From Clostridia bacterium (lineage in GTDB: Bacteria > Bacillota > Clostridia > Oscillospirales > CAG-272), in the NCBI GenBank assembly GCA_017536475.1, contig JAFXHH010000010.1, positions 3,365 to 67,364 on the forward strand: 64,000 nt of DNA. Direction: 5' to 3'. The notes under the pieces are model-generated. The model was not told where the DNA came from. It searched no databases and saw nothing but the letters and a program-made list of their open reading frames with translations. Both the position numbers and the translations under genes were made by a program. Shown piece after piece: positions 54,733 through 64,000 of this stretch (position 1 is the first letter of the stretch; each line of letters starts with the position of its first letter).

Positions 54733-57700
54733 ATGGTATACAGAATATTTGTTGAAAAGAAAAAGGAGCTTGCACACGAGGCCGCTTCGCTTTACGCGGA
54801 GCTGAAAAATCTGCTTGGCATCAATAATCTGACGAGCGTTCGCGTGCTCAATCGCTATGATGCCGAGAATATCTCCGAGGAGCTTTTTGAGCAGGCTATC
54901 GGCAGCGTTTTCTCCGAGCCTCAGCTTGATATTGCTACATCTTCGATTGACTGCGGTGACGACGTGGTATTTGCGGTCGAGTATCTGCCCGGTCAGTTCG
55001 ATCAGCGCGCGGACTCTGCGGCACAGTGCATACAGATCATGTCCTGCGGCGACAGACCCACTATCCGTACTGCCAAGGTCTACGTTCTCGGTGGCAATTT
55101 GACCGAGGAGGACGTAGCAGAGATCAAAAAGTACGTTATAAATCCCGTTGAGGCGAGAGAGGCTTGTCTTGATAAGCCCGAAACGCTTGCGCTTGAATAT
55201 GAGATCCCCACGTCAGTTGCTACGGTTGAGGGATTTGTGGATATGGATGACGAGGCGCTTGGCGGTATGGTCAAGTCGCTTGGTCTTGCTATGGATCTTG
55301 ACGACATAAGATTCTGCCGTGATTATTTCAGGGGAGAGAAGAGAAACCCCACTATCACGGAGATAAGAATGATAGATACTTATTGGTCCGATCACTGCCG
55401 TCACACCACCTTCCTGACGACTATCGACAAGGTGACCTTTGAGGACGAGCTGCTTGAAAAGACCTACAAGCAGTATCTTGCTACTCGTGAAGCGCTTGGC
55501 AGAACGAAGCCGCAGAACCTTATGGATATCGGTACTCTTGCGGCAAAATATCTTAAAAAGACGGGTCAGCTCCAGAAGCTTGACGAGAGCGAGGAGATCA
55601 ACGCTTGTACTGTCAAGATCAAGGTGACGGTCGACGGAGTAGATGAGGATTGGCTCTTGCTTTTCAAGAACGAGACTCACAACCACCCCACCGAGATCGA
55701 GCCCTTCGGCGGTGCGGCGACCTGTATTGGCGGTGCGATCCGCGACCCGCTTTCGGGACGCTCCTACGTTTACGCGGCTATGCGTGTGACCGGTGCGGCT
55801 GATCCCACGGTTCCCGTTTCCGAAACTATAAAGGGCAAGCTTCCCCAAAGAAAGATCGTGCAGACCGCGGCGGCGGGATATTCGTCCTACGGTAACCAGA
55901 TCGGTCTTGCTACGGGTATGGTCGACGAGCTTTATCACCCCGGTTATGCAGCGAAGAGAATGGAGATCGGTGCGGTAATCGCAGCTGCTCCTGCCGAGAA
56001 CGTCAGACGTGAGTGCCCTCTCGACGGCGACGTTGTCGTTCTGCTTGGCGGACGTACCGGACGTGACGGCGTTGGCGGTGCTACCGGTTCATCCAAGGCG
56101 CACGACTCTCACTCGGTAGAAACCTGCGGTGCAGAGGTGCAGAAGGGTAATGCGCCCGAAGAAAGAAAGCTTCAGCGTCTGTTCAGAAACGCGGAGGCTT
56201 GCAGAATGATAAAGAGATGTAACGACTTCGGTGCGGGCGGCGTTTCGGTTGCAATCGGCGAGCTTGCGGACGGTCTTGACATCGATCTTAATAAAGTCCC
56301 CAAGAAATATGAGGGACTTGACGGCACAGAGCTTGCGATATCCGAGTCGCAGGAAAGAATGGCTGTCGTTATTGAAAAAGAAAATATTGAGAGATTCATG
56401 GCTCTTGCCGACAGCGAGAACCTTGAGGCAACGGTCGTGGCTCGAGTTACCGAGGAGCCCAGACTGCGCGTTCATTGGAACGGCAAGACGGTGATCGATC
56501 TTTCGCGCGAATTCCTCAATTCCAACGGTGCGGAAAAGCACGTCGAAATTGCTCCCGCTGCGGCGGTTTGCGACTATGAAAAGGACTACGTGGAGGATTT
56601 CGCAGAGGGATACAAGGCGCTGGCGGCAGATCTCAACGTCTGCTCGAAGCGCGGTCTTTCCGAAAGGTTTGACTCTACGATCGGTGCGGGCACGGTGCTT
56701 ATGCCCTTCGGCGGTAAGCATCAGAAAACACCTATTCAGGCTATGGTACACAAGGTATCGGTCGAGCAGAAGCACACCGACACCTGCTCCTATATGTCTT
56801 GGGGATACAATCCCTATATTGCGGAAAAATCGCCCTATCACTCGGCTTATCTTGCGGTAGTCGAGAGCCTTGCAAAGCTTATCGCGGCAGGTGCTTCCTA
56901 CGAGGATGTTTACCTGACCTTCCAGGAGTACTTTGAGAAACCCAAGGGAGATAGCAGACGCTGGGGCAAGCCCTTGGCGGCACTGCTTGGCGCGTTCCGT
57001 GCTCAAGTTGAGCTCGGCGTTGCGGCTATCGGCGGTAAGGACTCGATGAGTGGCTCGTTTGAGCAGCTTGACGTTCCTCCCACGCTGGTTTCCTTTGCGG
57101 TAACCACGGGCAAGGTCGACGAGGTCGTTACGAACGACGCAAAGGCGGCAGGACACAAGCTTATCTGCGTTGCGCCCAGGTATGCTGAAGATAATTTGCC
57201 CGTGGCAAGCTCTTTGATCGAGACCTTTAATAAGGTAACGGCTCTTATGCGCGCAGGCAAGGTATACGCGGCTTATACTCCTACTATCGGCGGTATTGCC
57301 GAGGCGGTCTATAAGATGTGTATCGGTAACGGGCTTGGATTCAGATTTGATGAGTCTATGTGCAACAGAGCGATATTCAACTATTGCTACGGTGCGTTCC
57401 TGCTTGAAGTCGATGCCGACGAGGAAGGTATGACCGTTGGATATTTCACCGACGACGGTAAGATATCTCGCGGAGATGAACAGGTTTCCTTTGCAGAGCT
57501 TGATGCGCTCTACGAGGGCAAGCTTGAGGGCGTTTTCCCGACTCTTGAAAAGGACGAAAACAAGACCTACGAAAATATAAGCTTTAATGCTGAAAAGAGA
57601 GCTGCGCCCGCAATTAAGACGGCGAAGCCGAAGGTGCTTATTCCCGTATTCCCCGGCACGAACTGCGAATTTGATACTGCAAAGGTCATGAGAGACGCAG

Positions 57701-58422
57701 GGGCTGAGGCGAAGATATTCGTTATAAACAATCTGACACAGGACGGCATTCAGAGAAGCGTTGAAAGCTTTGCAAAGGAACTTGAGTCGAGCCAGATGGT
57801 ATTTGTGCCCGGAGGATTCTCGGGTGGTGACGAGCCTGACGGATCGGGTAAGTTCATTATGGCGTTCTTCCGCAACGCACAGATCAAGGACGGAGTTCAC
57901 GATCTTCTTAACAACCGCGACGGTCTTATGTGCGGCGTTTGTAACGGATTCCAGGCTTTGATAAAGCTCGGGCTCGTGCCTTACGGAAAGATTATTGATA
58001 CCGATGCTAATTGCCCGACTCTGACATTTAACACTATCGGAAGACACCAGTCGAAGCTTGTCAGAACGAGAATTGCCTCCAATAAGTCACCTTGGCTTGC
58101 GGCTACCGAGGTTGGTGACGTTTATACCGTGGCTATTTCGCACGGTGAGGGTCGATTCCTTGCTTCCGACGAGCTTGTAAAGCAGCTGATCGCTAACGGT
58201 CAGGTCGCTACGCAGTACGTTGACCTCGACGGCAACGCGACGAGTGATATTCGCTACAATCCCAACGATTCTGTCATGGCGATCGAAGGTATTACCTCGC
58301 CTGACGGCAGAGTCTTCGGTAAGATGGGTCACTCCGAACGTATCGGCAACGGTCTTTATAAGAACGTGCTCGGTCAGTTCGATATGAAGATGTTTGAGAG
58401 CGCGGTTAAGTACTTTAAATGA
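54733..58422 (+). CDS. purL: phosphoribosylformylglycinamidine synthase (single-chain large PurL)
   Basis: 1229 aa with a C-terminal glutaminase domain (GVCNGFQAL, ISHGEGR). Confidence 0.95.
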   Translation: MVYRIFVEKKKELAHEAASLYAELKNLLGINNLTSVRVLNRYDAENISEELFEQAIGSVFSEPQLDIATSSIDCGDDVVFAVEYLPGQFDQRADSAAQCIQIMSCGDRPTIRTAKVYVLGGNLTEEDVAEIKKYVINPVEAREACLDKPETLALEYEIPTSVATVEGFVDMDDEALGGMVKSLGLAMDLDDIRFCRDYFRGEKRNPTITEIRMIDTYWSDHCRHTTFLTTIDKVTFEDELLEKTYKQYLATREALGRTKPQNLMDIGTLAAKYLKKTGQLQKLDESEEINACTVKIKVTVDGVDEDWLLLFKNETHNHPTEIEPFGGAATCIGGAIRDPLSGRSYVYAAMRVTGAADPTVPVSETIKGKLPQRKIVQTAAAGYSSYGNQIGLATGMVDELYHPGYAAKRMEIGAVIAAAPAENVRRECPLDGDVVVLLGGRTGRDGVGGATGSSKAHDSHSVETCGAEVQKGNAPEERKLQRLFRNAEACRMIKRCNDFGAGGVSVAIGELADGLDIDLNKVPKKYEGLDGTELAISESQERMAVVIEKENIERFMALADSENLEATVVARVTEEPRLRVHWNGKTVIDLSREFLNSNGAEKHVEIAPAAAVCDYEKDYVEDFAEGYKALAADLNVCSKRGLSERFDSTIGAGTVLMPFGGKHQKTPIQAMVHKVSVEQKHTDTCSYMSWGYNPYIAEKSPYHSAYLAVVESLAKLIAAGASYEDVYLTFQEYFEKPKGDSRRWGKPLAALLGAFRAQVELGVAAIGGKDSMSGSFEQLDVPPTLVSFAVTTGKVDEVVTNDAKAAGHKLICVAPRYAEDNLPVASSLIETFNKVTALMRAGKVYAAYTPTIGGIAEAVYKMCIGNGLGFRFDESMCNRAIFNYCYGAFLLEVDADEEGMTVGYFTDDGKISRGDEQVSFAELDALYEGKLEGVFPTLEKDENKTYENISFNAEKRAAPAIKTAKPKVLIPVFPGTNCEFDTAKVMRDAGAEAKIFVINNLTQDGIQRSVESFAKELESSQMVFVPGGFSGGDEPDGSGKFIMAFFRNAQIKDGVHDLLNNRDGLMCGVCNGFQALIKLGLVPYGKIIDTDANCPTLTFNTIGRHQSKLVRTRIASNKSPWLAATEVGDVYTVAISHGEGRFLASDELVKQLIANGQVATQYVDLDGNATSDIRYNPNDSVMAIEGITSPDGRVFGKMGHSERIGNGLYKNVLGQFDMKMFESAVKYFK

Positions 58423-58427
58423 GATAT

Positions 58428-58458
58428 GCGGAACCTTTTTTACCAAAAAAGGTTCCGC
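58428..58458 (+). terminator. hairpin after purL (possible terminator)
   Basis: GCGGAACCTTTTTT-ACC-AAAAAAGGTTCCGC. There is no trailing T-run, so efficiency is uncertain. Confidence 0.5.
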
Positions 58459-58572
58459 GCCTCCAAAAAACTTTCCATAGGATAGATTTTGGTTATACGG
58501 TTTGTGAAACTTAAATTTTATTATTAAATATAAGGCTTTTGGGGCAGGGATCCAAAAGGAAAGGATTTCTAA

Positions 58573-60246
58573 ATGGCATATTTATCTGATATTGAGATAG
58601 CTCAGGCGACTAAAATGAAGCATATTCGCGAGATCGCGGCGGCTGCGGGTGTTGACGAGAAATATCTTGAGCAGTACGGCAATTACAAGGCGAAGGTCGA
58701 CTATTCGCTTCTCAAGGAGAGCAACCGTAAGGACGGTAAGCTGATCCTTGTGACCGCTATAACTCCCACTCCAGCAGGCGAGGGAAAGACGACCACGACA
58801 ATCGGTCTTTCCGACGGTCTTAAGAAGATAGGCAAGAACGTAGTCGTTGCACTTCGTGAGCCCTCTCTGGGCCCCGTTTTCGGTGTCAAGGGCGGTGCGG
58901 CAGGCGGCGGATATGCGCAGGTCGTTCCTATGGAGGACATCAATCTGCATTTTACGGGTGACTTCCACGCGATCGGTGCGGCGAACAATCTGCTTGCGGC
59001 TATGCTTGACAATCATATTTATCAGGGCAACGCTCTGAATATCGATCCCCGTCGCATTACCTGGCGTCGCTGCGTCGATATGAATGACCGTCAGCTTCGC
59101 TTCGTGACCGACGGCCTTGGCGGACGCGTGAACGGCGTACCGAGAGAGGACGGATACGATATTACCGTGGCTTCTGAAATTATGGCGGTGTTCTGTCTTG
59201 CTTCGTCTATTGCGGATCTTAAGGCGAGACTTTCGAGGATAGTCGTTGCGTACACTTACGATGAAAAGCCGGTTACGGCGGGCGATCTCAAGGCGGTCGG
59301 AGCTATGGCGGCGCTTCTCAAGGACGCCCTGAAGCCCAACCTTGTGCAGACTCTTGAAGGCACTCCTGCTTTCGTGCACGGAGGTCCTTTTGCAAATATT
59401 GCTCACGGCTGCAACTCGGTCATTGCGACCAAGATGGCGATGAAGCTCGGCGATTACGCCGTTACCGAAGCAGGATTCGGTGCAGATCTCGGCGCTGAAA
59501 AGTTCCTCGATATCAAGTGCCGTATGGCAGATTTGACTCCCTCGGCGGTCGTTGTCGTTGCTACCGTTCGCGCGCTCAAGATGCACGGTGGATCTCCTAA
59601 GACCGAGCTTGGCAGTGAAAATCTCGAGACGCTTGAGAAGGGAATTCCCAATCTTCTCCGTCACGTTTCCAATATCAAGAACGTATACAAGCTTCCTTGC
59701 GTGGTTGCGGTCAACCGCTTCCCGACCGATACCGATGCTGAAATAGAGCTTGTGATTGAAAAGTGCAAGGCTCTCGGCGTTAACGTCGTGCTTTCGACCG
59801 TCTGGGCAGACGGCGGTGCGGGTGGAGTTGCGCTTGCAGAGGAGGTAGTAAGACTCTGCGAAGAGCCCAATGATTTCAGCTTCAGCTATGCTGACGAGCT
59901 TTCTATCGCCGAGAAGATCGAGGCGGTGACGAAGCGCGTTTACGGCGGTGAGGGTGTGAACATTACCCCTGCGGCGCAGAAGCAGATCGCTCAACTCGAG
60001 GCTCTTGGATATGGCAAGTGTCCTATCTGCGTTGCAAAGACACAGTATTCATTCTCGGACGATCCGACCAAGCTCGGCGCTCCCGAGGGATTTACCGTTA
60101 CCGTGCGAAACGTCAAGGTTTCAGCGGGCGCAGGATTTGTCGTCGTTCTCACGGGCGATATTATGACTATGCCCGGTCTCCCCAGGGTTCCTGCGGCCGA
60201 AAGGATCGACGTTGACGACAACGGAATGATAAGCGGCCTGTTCTGA
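58573..60246 (+). CDS. fhs: formate--tetrahydrofolate ligase
   Basis: 557 aa starting SDIEIAQ, with the motif [16 protein letters not shown]. Confidence 0.96.
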   Translation: MAYLSDIEIAQATKMKHIREIAAAAGVDEKYLEQYGNYKAKVDYSLLKESNRKDGKLILVTAITPTPAGEGKTTTTIGLSDGLKKIGKNVVVALREPSLGPVFGVKGGAAGGGYAQVVPMEDINLHFTGDFHAIGAANNLLAAMLDNHIYQGNALNIDPRRITWRRCVDMNDRQLRFVTDGLGGRVNGVPREDGYDITVASEIMAVFCLASSIADLKARLSRIVVAYTYDEKPVTAGDLKAVGAMAALLKDALKPNLVQTLEGTPAFVHGGPFANIAHGCNSVIATKMAMKLGDYAVTEAGFGADLGAEKFLDIKCRMADLTPSAVVVVATVRALKMHGGSPKTELGSENLETLEKGIPNLLRHVSNIKNVYKLPCVVAVNRFPTDTDAEIELVIEKCKALGVNVVLSTVWADGGAGGVALAEEVVRLCEEPNDFSFSYADELSIAEKIEAVTKRVYGGEGVNITPAAQKQIAQLEALGYGKCPICVAKTQYSFSDDPTKLGAPEGFTVTVRNVKVSAGAGFVVVLTGDIMTMPGLPRVPAAERIDVDDNGMISGLF

Positions 60247-60335
60247 TGTAAATATATCAAAAATAACGGCGCGTGCTCCTTAAAATAACGGGGTGCGTGC
60301 CGTTTTGACATCTTGTCCTGAGCATTATTTTTTTG

Positions 60336-60364
60336 TTGACAAAATAAAGCCTTTGTGCTAAAAT
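60336..60364 (+). promoter_or_regulatory. sigma-A promoter (TTGACA-17-TAAAAT)
   Basis: TTGACA at 60336-60341, a 17-nt spacer, TAAAAT at 60359-60364. Confidence 0.65.
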
Positions 60365-60419
60365 AAAAGTGTAATATGATTCGACGCTTCATGTCGGATC
60401 TTTTAAAGGAGGACAATAT

Positions 60420-63400
60420 ATGTTTAAAGGATCTGTTTGCCCTAAATCGTGTGCAAAGATAATGGCCTTGGTGCTGATTTTGTGCATGATAACTTGCAGT
60501 GCAAGTGCAACGTTATCCGTAATTGCTGAAGATTCGACGGAAGCTTACGTTGCCCCCGACTATCTTATCGACCTGGTTAATCCCGACAACGTCGGTTCTT
60601 GCTTCGTTGGAGGACATAACGTGTCTGCGGAGGCCGTTGACGGTGCGGCAAAGTTTATCTTTCAGGATAATGCGGGCGGAAACTGCGACGACCCTTATAT
60701 AACTTTAAGACTTCCGTCTCAAGAGATCGACTGCGAGCAATATCCGTATCTGGCTATGTTGGTCAGGACCAACAAGAGCAATATCAGAGGCGAGATACGC
60801 TTTAGAACCACCACGACGGGAAATGACTTTCCCTGTCAGGCTATAAGATATACAGCTTCTGAGGGTTGGCAGCTCGTCGTTTGCAATCTTACCAATCTTT
60901 CGACAATGTACTACGCTCCCAACTACAAGGCTTATACCGGAACGTATACCGAGATAAGACTTGATATGTTCGACAATAATATGGGAAAGATCCCCGCGGA
61001 TACTCAATATTATATAAAGGCAGTTGCTTTCTATAAGACCGCGGAGGATGCTGCTACGTTTGTCAATTTCCAGTCCGATTATAGTGCACAAGAGGATGAG
61101 ACCTTCGACGTAAATTACGCGGACTTCTGGCTCGGTGAGGACTTTGAAAATCCCGATAACAGCAAGAGAATGAATTGGCTCAGCTACGGCTTCAACGGAA
61201 GCACTGCTCCCGTTGATCAGTATCTTAAAGAGGGCTACGGCGGTATCGTATCAAACGTAAACTTCAATCAGAAATATCTTAAAGATCCCAACGAATTTGC
61301 TATTCTTAAAAATGTATATGATTATGCCGCAAGCAAGGGAATGACTCTTTGGATCTACGACGAATATCAGTGGCCCAGCGGCAAGGCGTACGGTCTTGTG
61401 CTTGACGCGCAAAAGGGTCGCGAATGGGAGTCCACGGGTATTGAGCACGTCGTTCTTACAGGGGTGGGTGGAACTGCGTCCTATACTCTCGGAGATACTC
61501 ACGGCAAGGATATTGAGATCGGTATCATGCAGGCGGTCCTTACCGACAGCAACGGTGCTGTAAATCTCAACGTTAGCGATAATGGAACAGTTTCGTCCTC
61601 TGCGTTGGGCAACTGGACTCTTGACGTATATATTCTTCGTTACACTTACGAGGGAGAAGAGGATAGAACTAATTTCGACACTCTGCGCGACGTTGACCTT
61701 CTCAATCCCGACGCTGTTAAATACTTTATTGAGATCACTCACGAGCAGTATAAGAAATACCTCGGAGAGTCCTTTAAGAATATTACGGCGTTCTTTACCG
61801 ACGAGCCTCAGCTTGGCAACAGAGCTATGGAGGACTACGTCGTATGGACCGCTGGCCTTGCCGAAAGATTCCATGATACATACGGTTATCACATCAATAT
61901 TCCCAGCTTGTTTGCAGGCTCGACCGATTACGATCGAATGGTGAGAATGAACTACTATCAGCTCGTTGCCACTATGTTCAAGGAGTCTTACATCGATCAG
62001 ATATCTCAATGGTGTGAGGCCAACGGCGTTGCTTCTTCGGGACACCTTCTCTTTGAGGAGAATATGAACGACCATATCGAGACCTACGGCGGCAACTTTA
62101 TGCAGGTCGTGGGCGGTATGACGATCCCGGGCGTCGATGTCCTTTGGGTCGACCCCGACCACCTGCTCAGTCAGAGCTATATAGGAGATTATATGGGTCT
62201 GCGTTACGTTGCTTCTGCGGCAAAGAACGCGGGTAAAAAGGACGTAATGATCGAGTACAACCCCAATGCAGTTGGCGTTCTTGATTATATCGACGACATT
62301 CTCGGAACCTCTATCGGAGGTCTTTCGATAACCCGTTTGCTTGGAACTAATATTTATAACGTCATCAATCCTACCAGAGACTACTCGACTATCGAAATCA
62401 ACAAGCTCAACACTTATATTGGAAGATTGAACACGATACTTGATGAAACGGTAGAGTGCGGAGAGCTTGCGGTATTCTATCCCATTGCTACCGTTCAGGC
62501 ATATCACAACGCTGACGACATTCATTCCTCGGAGCACGGCGAGGATACGATCGCGATTGAGCTTAACACGAATTACCAGACCCTTTGTCTGACTCTTTTA
62601 CAGAATCAGTATCTCTTTACGGTTCTTGACGACGAGAGCATTCGCACCGCGAAGATAAACGACGAGGGCAGACTCGTTGTCGGATCGGGCTGCTATTCTA
62701 CAGTGATCCTTCCTTATACCGAATATATCTCGGTTGAAGCACTCGAAAAGCTTGCGGCGTTTGAGGATGCGGGCGGATCGGTATTCTTCTACAATGCAGT
62801 TCCCACTCATGCGCTTACGCCTGACCTTGAGGATGAGATCGCAGGTATTATGGAAAGCTTTGAAAACGAGGCTATATATTCTGCAAACGCTTTGATGAAA
62901 AAGGTAAGAAGTTGTGTTACCACGAATCTTACCGTCAGAGCGTCAGGCGACAACGCTTCGTCACTTATGATGGGCGACTTTGAGTCCGAGGATCGCGACG
63001 TCACCTTCTTGGTCAACTCGAGCGATTCTAAGCTGGCTGTCAAGTGGAATTACACGGACGGATACGAGGGTGTTGCTACCATATACTATCCCGGATCGGG
63101 TAATATAGTCACCGTTGATATGTCCGAGGGTGTTTGCTCTATTACTATTCCTGCATATGAGGGAGTTTTGATAGTGCGTGAGGATGAAAACGACCTGACT
63201 CACGGAATCGAAGAAACTACCGAGGAGACCACTGAGGAGACTACCGAGAACGTAACCGTCGACGCTACCGAGGATACCACCGAGGGTGACACGGTTGATG
63301 GCACGAACGAGACTGACAAGACGGACTCCGAGAAGGAGAAGGGCTGCAAGTCATCGTTTGGCGGTGTTGCTGCAGTTATGGCGTCTGCCATCTTTGCGGG

Positions 63401-63434
63401 TGCGGTGTTTGCAAAAAAACGCAGAGAAGACTAA
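60420..63434 (+). CDS. large exported, C-terminally membrane-anchored glycoside-hydrolase-like protein
   Basis: 1004 aa. In order, it has a signal peptide, an N-terminal roughly 230-aa extra domain and a core shared with the downstream paralogue (WLSYGFNG..APVD..LKEGYGGIVSNVNFNQ.YL, LWIYDEYQWPSG). An EETTEETTEETTE stalk follows, then a TM helix and a KKRRED tail. Confidence 0.6.
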   Translation: MFKGSVCPKSCAKIMALVLILCMITCSASATLSVIAEDSTEAYVAPDYLIDLVNPDNVGSCFVGGHNVSAEAVDGAAKFIFQDNAGGNCDDPYITLRLPSQEIDCEQYPYLAMLVRTNKSNIRGEIRFRTTTTGNDFPCQAIRYTASEGWQLVVCNLTNLSTMYYAPNYKAYTGTYTEIRLDMFDNNMGKIPADTQYYIKAVAFYKTAEDAATFVNFQSDYSAQEDETFDVNYADFWLGEDFENPDNSKRMNWLSYGFNGSTAPVDQYLKEGYGGIVSNVNFNQKYLKDPNEFAILKNVYDYAASKGMTLWIYDEYQWPSGKAYGLVLDAQKGREWESTGIEHVVLTGVGGTASYTLGDTHGKDIEIGIMQAVLTDSNGAVNLNVSDNGTVSSSALGNWTLDVYILRYTYEGEEDRTNFDTLRDVDLLNPDAVKYFIEITHEQYKKYLGESFKNITAFFTDEPQLGNRAMEDYVVWTAGLAERFHDTYGYHINIPSLFAGSTDYDRMVRMNYYQLVATMFKESYIDQISQWCEANGVASSGHLLFEENMNDHIETYGGNFMQVVGGMTIPGVDVLWVDPDHLLSQSYIGDYMGLRYVASAAKNAGKKDVMIEYNPNAVGVLDYIDDILGTSIGGLSITRLLGTNIYNVINPTRDYSTIEINKLNTYIGRLNTILDETVECGELAVFYPIATVQAYHNADDIHSSEHGEDTIAIELNTNYQTLCLTLLQNQYLFTVLDDESIRTAKINDEGRLVVGSGCYSTVILPYTEYISVEALEKLAAFEDAGGSVFFYNAVPTHALTPDLEDEIAGIMESFENEAIYSANALMKKVRSCVTTNLTVRASGDNASSLMMGDFESEDRDVTFLVNSSDSKLAVKWNYTDGYEGVATIYYPGSGNIVTVDMSEGVCSITIPAYEGVLIVREDENDLTHGIEETTEETTEETTENVTVDATEDTTEGDTVDGTNETDKTDSEKEKGCKSSFGGVAAVMASAIFAGAVFAKKRRED

Positions 63435-63478
63435 CATAATAATATCTTTCGCCTGTGATGGCGTACGGTTAAAACGAT

Positions 63479-63510
63479 ATGCCATAGCCCTTTCGGGCTA
63501 TGGCATTTTT
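63479..63510 (+). terminator. intrinsic terminator
   Basis: Stem ATGCCATAGCCC-TTTC-GGGCTATGGCAT followed by TTTTT. Confidence 0.85.
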
Positions 63511-63550
63511 AAAAACAGATGGAGGGCGGAGCTTTCCGCGACCGAAATTT

Positions 63551-64000
63551 ATGGATAATAAAAAGCTTTGGCTTGAAGAAAAATTTAAAGTTCCTGCGCT
63601 TGACAAAAGAATTGCTTGGTTAAGCTATGGATTTAACGGAGATACTGCGCCTGTCGATTGGTTTTTGAAGGAGGGATACGGCGGTATCGTTTCAAACGTT
63701 AATTTTAATCAGAACTACCTTAGGGATCCGCGCGAATTTGAGATCTTGAAAAGGGTTTACGATTATGCTGCGGATAAGGGCATGGTTCTTTGGATATACG
63801 ACGAATATCAATGGCCCAGCGGCAGAGCCTTTGGCCTTGTGCTTGACGAGCAGCCCGATCGCGATTGGGAGGGCACGGGAATCAAGCACGTAACGAAGGT
63901 TGGAAACGGCGGTGTTGCCTCTTATCGTTTGGGTGATGAGGACGGAAAAAATATTGAGATAAAGATAATGCGCGCGATTCTGACTGACGAAGACGGCGTC
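63551..64000 (+). CDS. paralogue of the 60420 protein, without signal peptide or N-terminal domain (partial; runs off the window)
   Basis: Own translation from ATG 63551 gives MDNKKLWLEEKFKVPALDKRIAWLSYGFNGDTAPVDWFLKEGYGGIVSNVNFNQNYLRDPREFEILKRVYDYAADKGMVLWIYDEYQWPSGRAFGLVLD... The frame is open to the window end. The RBS is poor, so the start is uncertain. Confidence 0.7.
   Translation, partial: MDNKKLWLEEKFKVPALDKRIAWLSYGFNGDTAPVDWFLKEGYGGIVSNVNFNQNYLRDPREFEILKRVYDYAADKGMVLWIYDEYQWPSGRAFGLVLDEQPDRDWEGTGIKHVTKVGNGGVASYRLGDEDGKNIEIKIMRAILTDEDGV

Noticed and set aside
63500-63550. An in-frame upstream ATG (63500) that would extend the second GH-like paralogue by 17 codons.
   Set aside because: It lies inside the stem of the strong terminator at 63479-63510, and the extra residues do not align with the first paralogue. 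ATG 63551 was kept, with its uncertainty noted.

Overview
The window is a 64 kb chromosomal segment from a spore-forming Firmicute. The protein sequences look Clostridia/Oscillospiraceae-like, but that is an impression from the sequence only and no search was run. It is mostly housekeeping.

Main blocks, in order:
- tilS-hpt-ftsH (minus strand)
- the conserved yybS-gdpP-rplI-dnaB block
- the rimP-nusA-ylxR-ylxQ-infB operon
- feoAB
- asnA and pepF
- a capsule-type regulatory module: Wzz/CpsC, the CpsD tyrosine kinase, LCP and the CpsB phosphatase
- a long purine operon (purE, purF-like, purM, purN, PurO-type IMP cyclohydrolase, AICARFT-only purH, purD, purL), followed by fhs

The pur operon sits behind a well-supported ZTP (pfl) riboswitch.

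No rRNA or tRNA genes, CRISPR arrays, transposases, integrases or recognisable defence systems were seen.

The most interesting non-housekeeping content is:
1. An orphan PqqD-like (RRE-type) peptide-binding protein. It is translationally packed with an S24/S26 serine peptidase and a membrane-tethered XRE regulator, directly behind pepF. An HprK-like P-loop kinase lies 3 kb upstream, behind two exported G/N/S/E-rich repeat lipoproteins. No canonical RiPP enzyme or precursor is visible.
2. A 41-bp tandem repeat array. It was built from the rplI stop codon and part of the Shine-Dalgarno-like motif of the downstream spacer.
3. A 423-bp, hairpin-dense spacer inside the pur operon. It carries three perfect 12-bp-stem palindromes.
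4. A 670-bp intergenic region with a GC-rich structured segment upstream of a tightly overlapping GT8/PlsC-like/CrtO-like envelope operon.
5. A PurF homologue whose N-terminal nucleophile Cys is replaced by Gly.

All functional calls rest on motif and family recognition by eye from the supplied translations. No database search was run.
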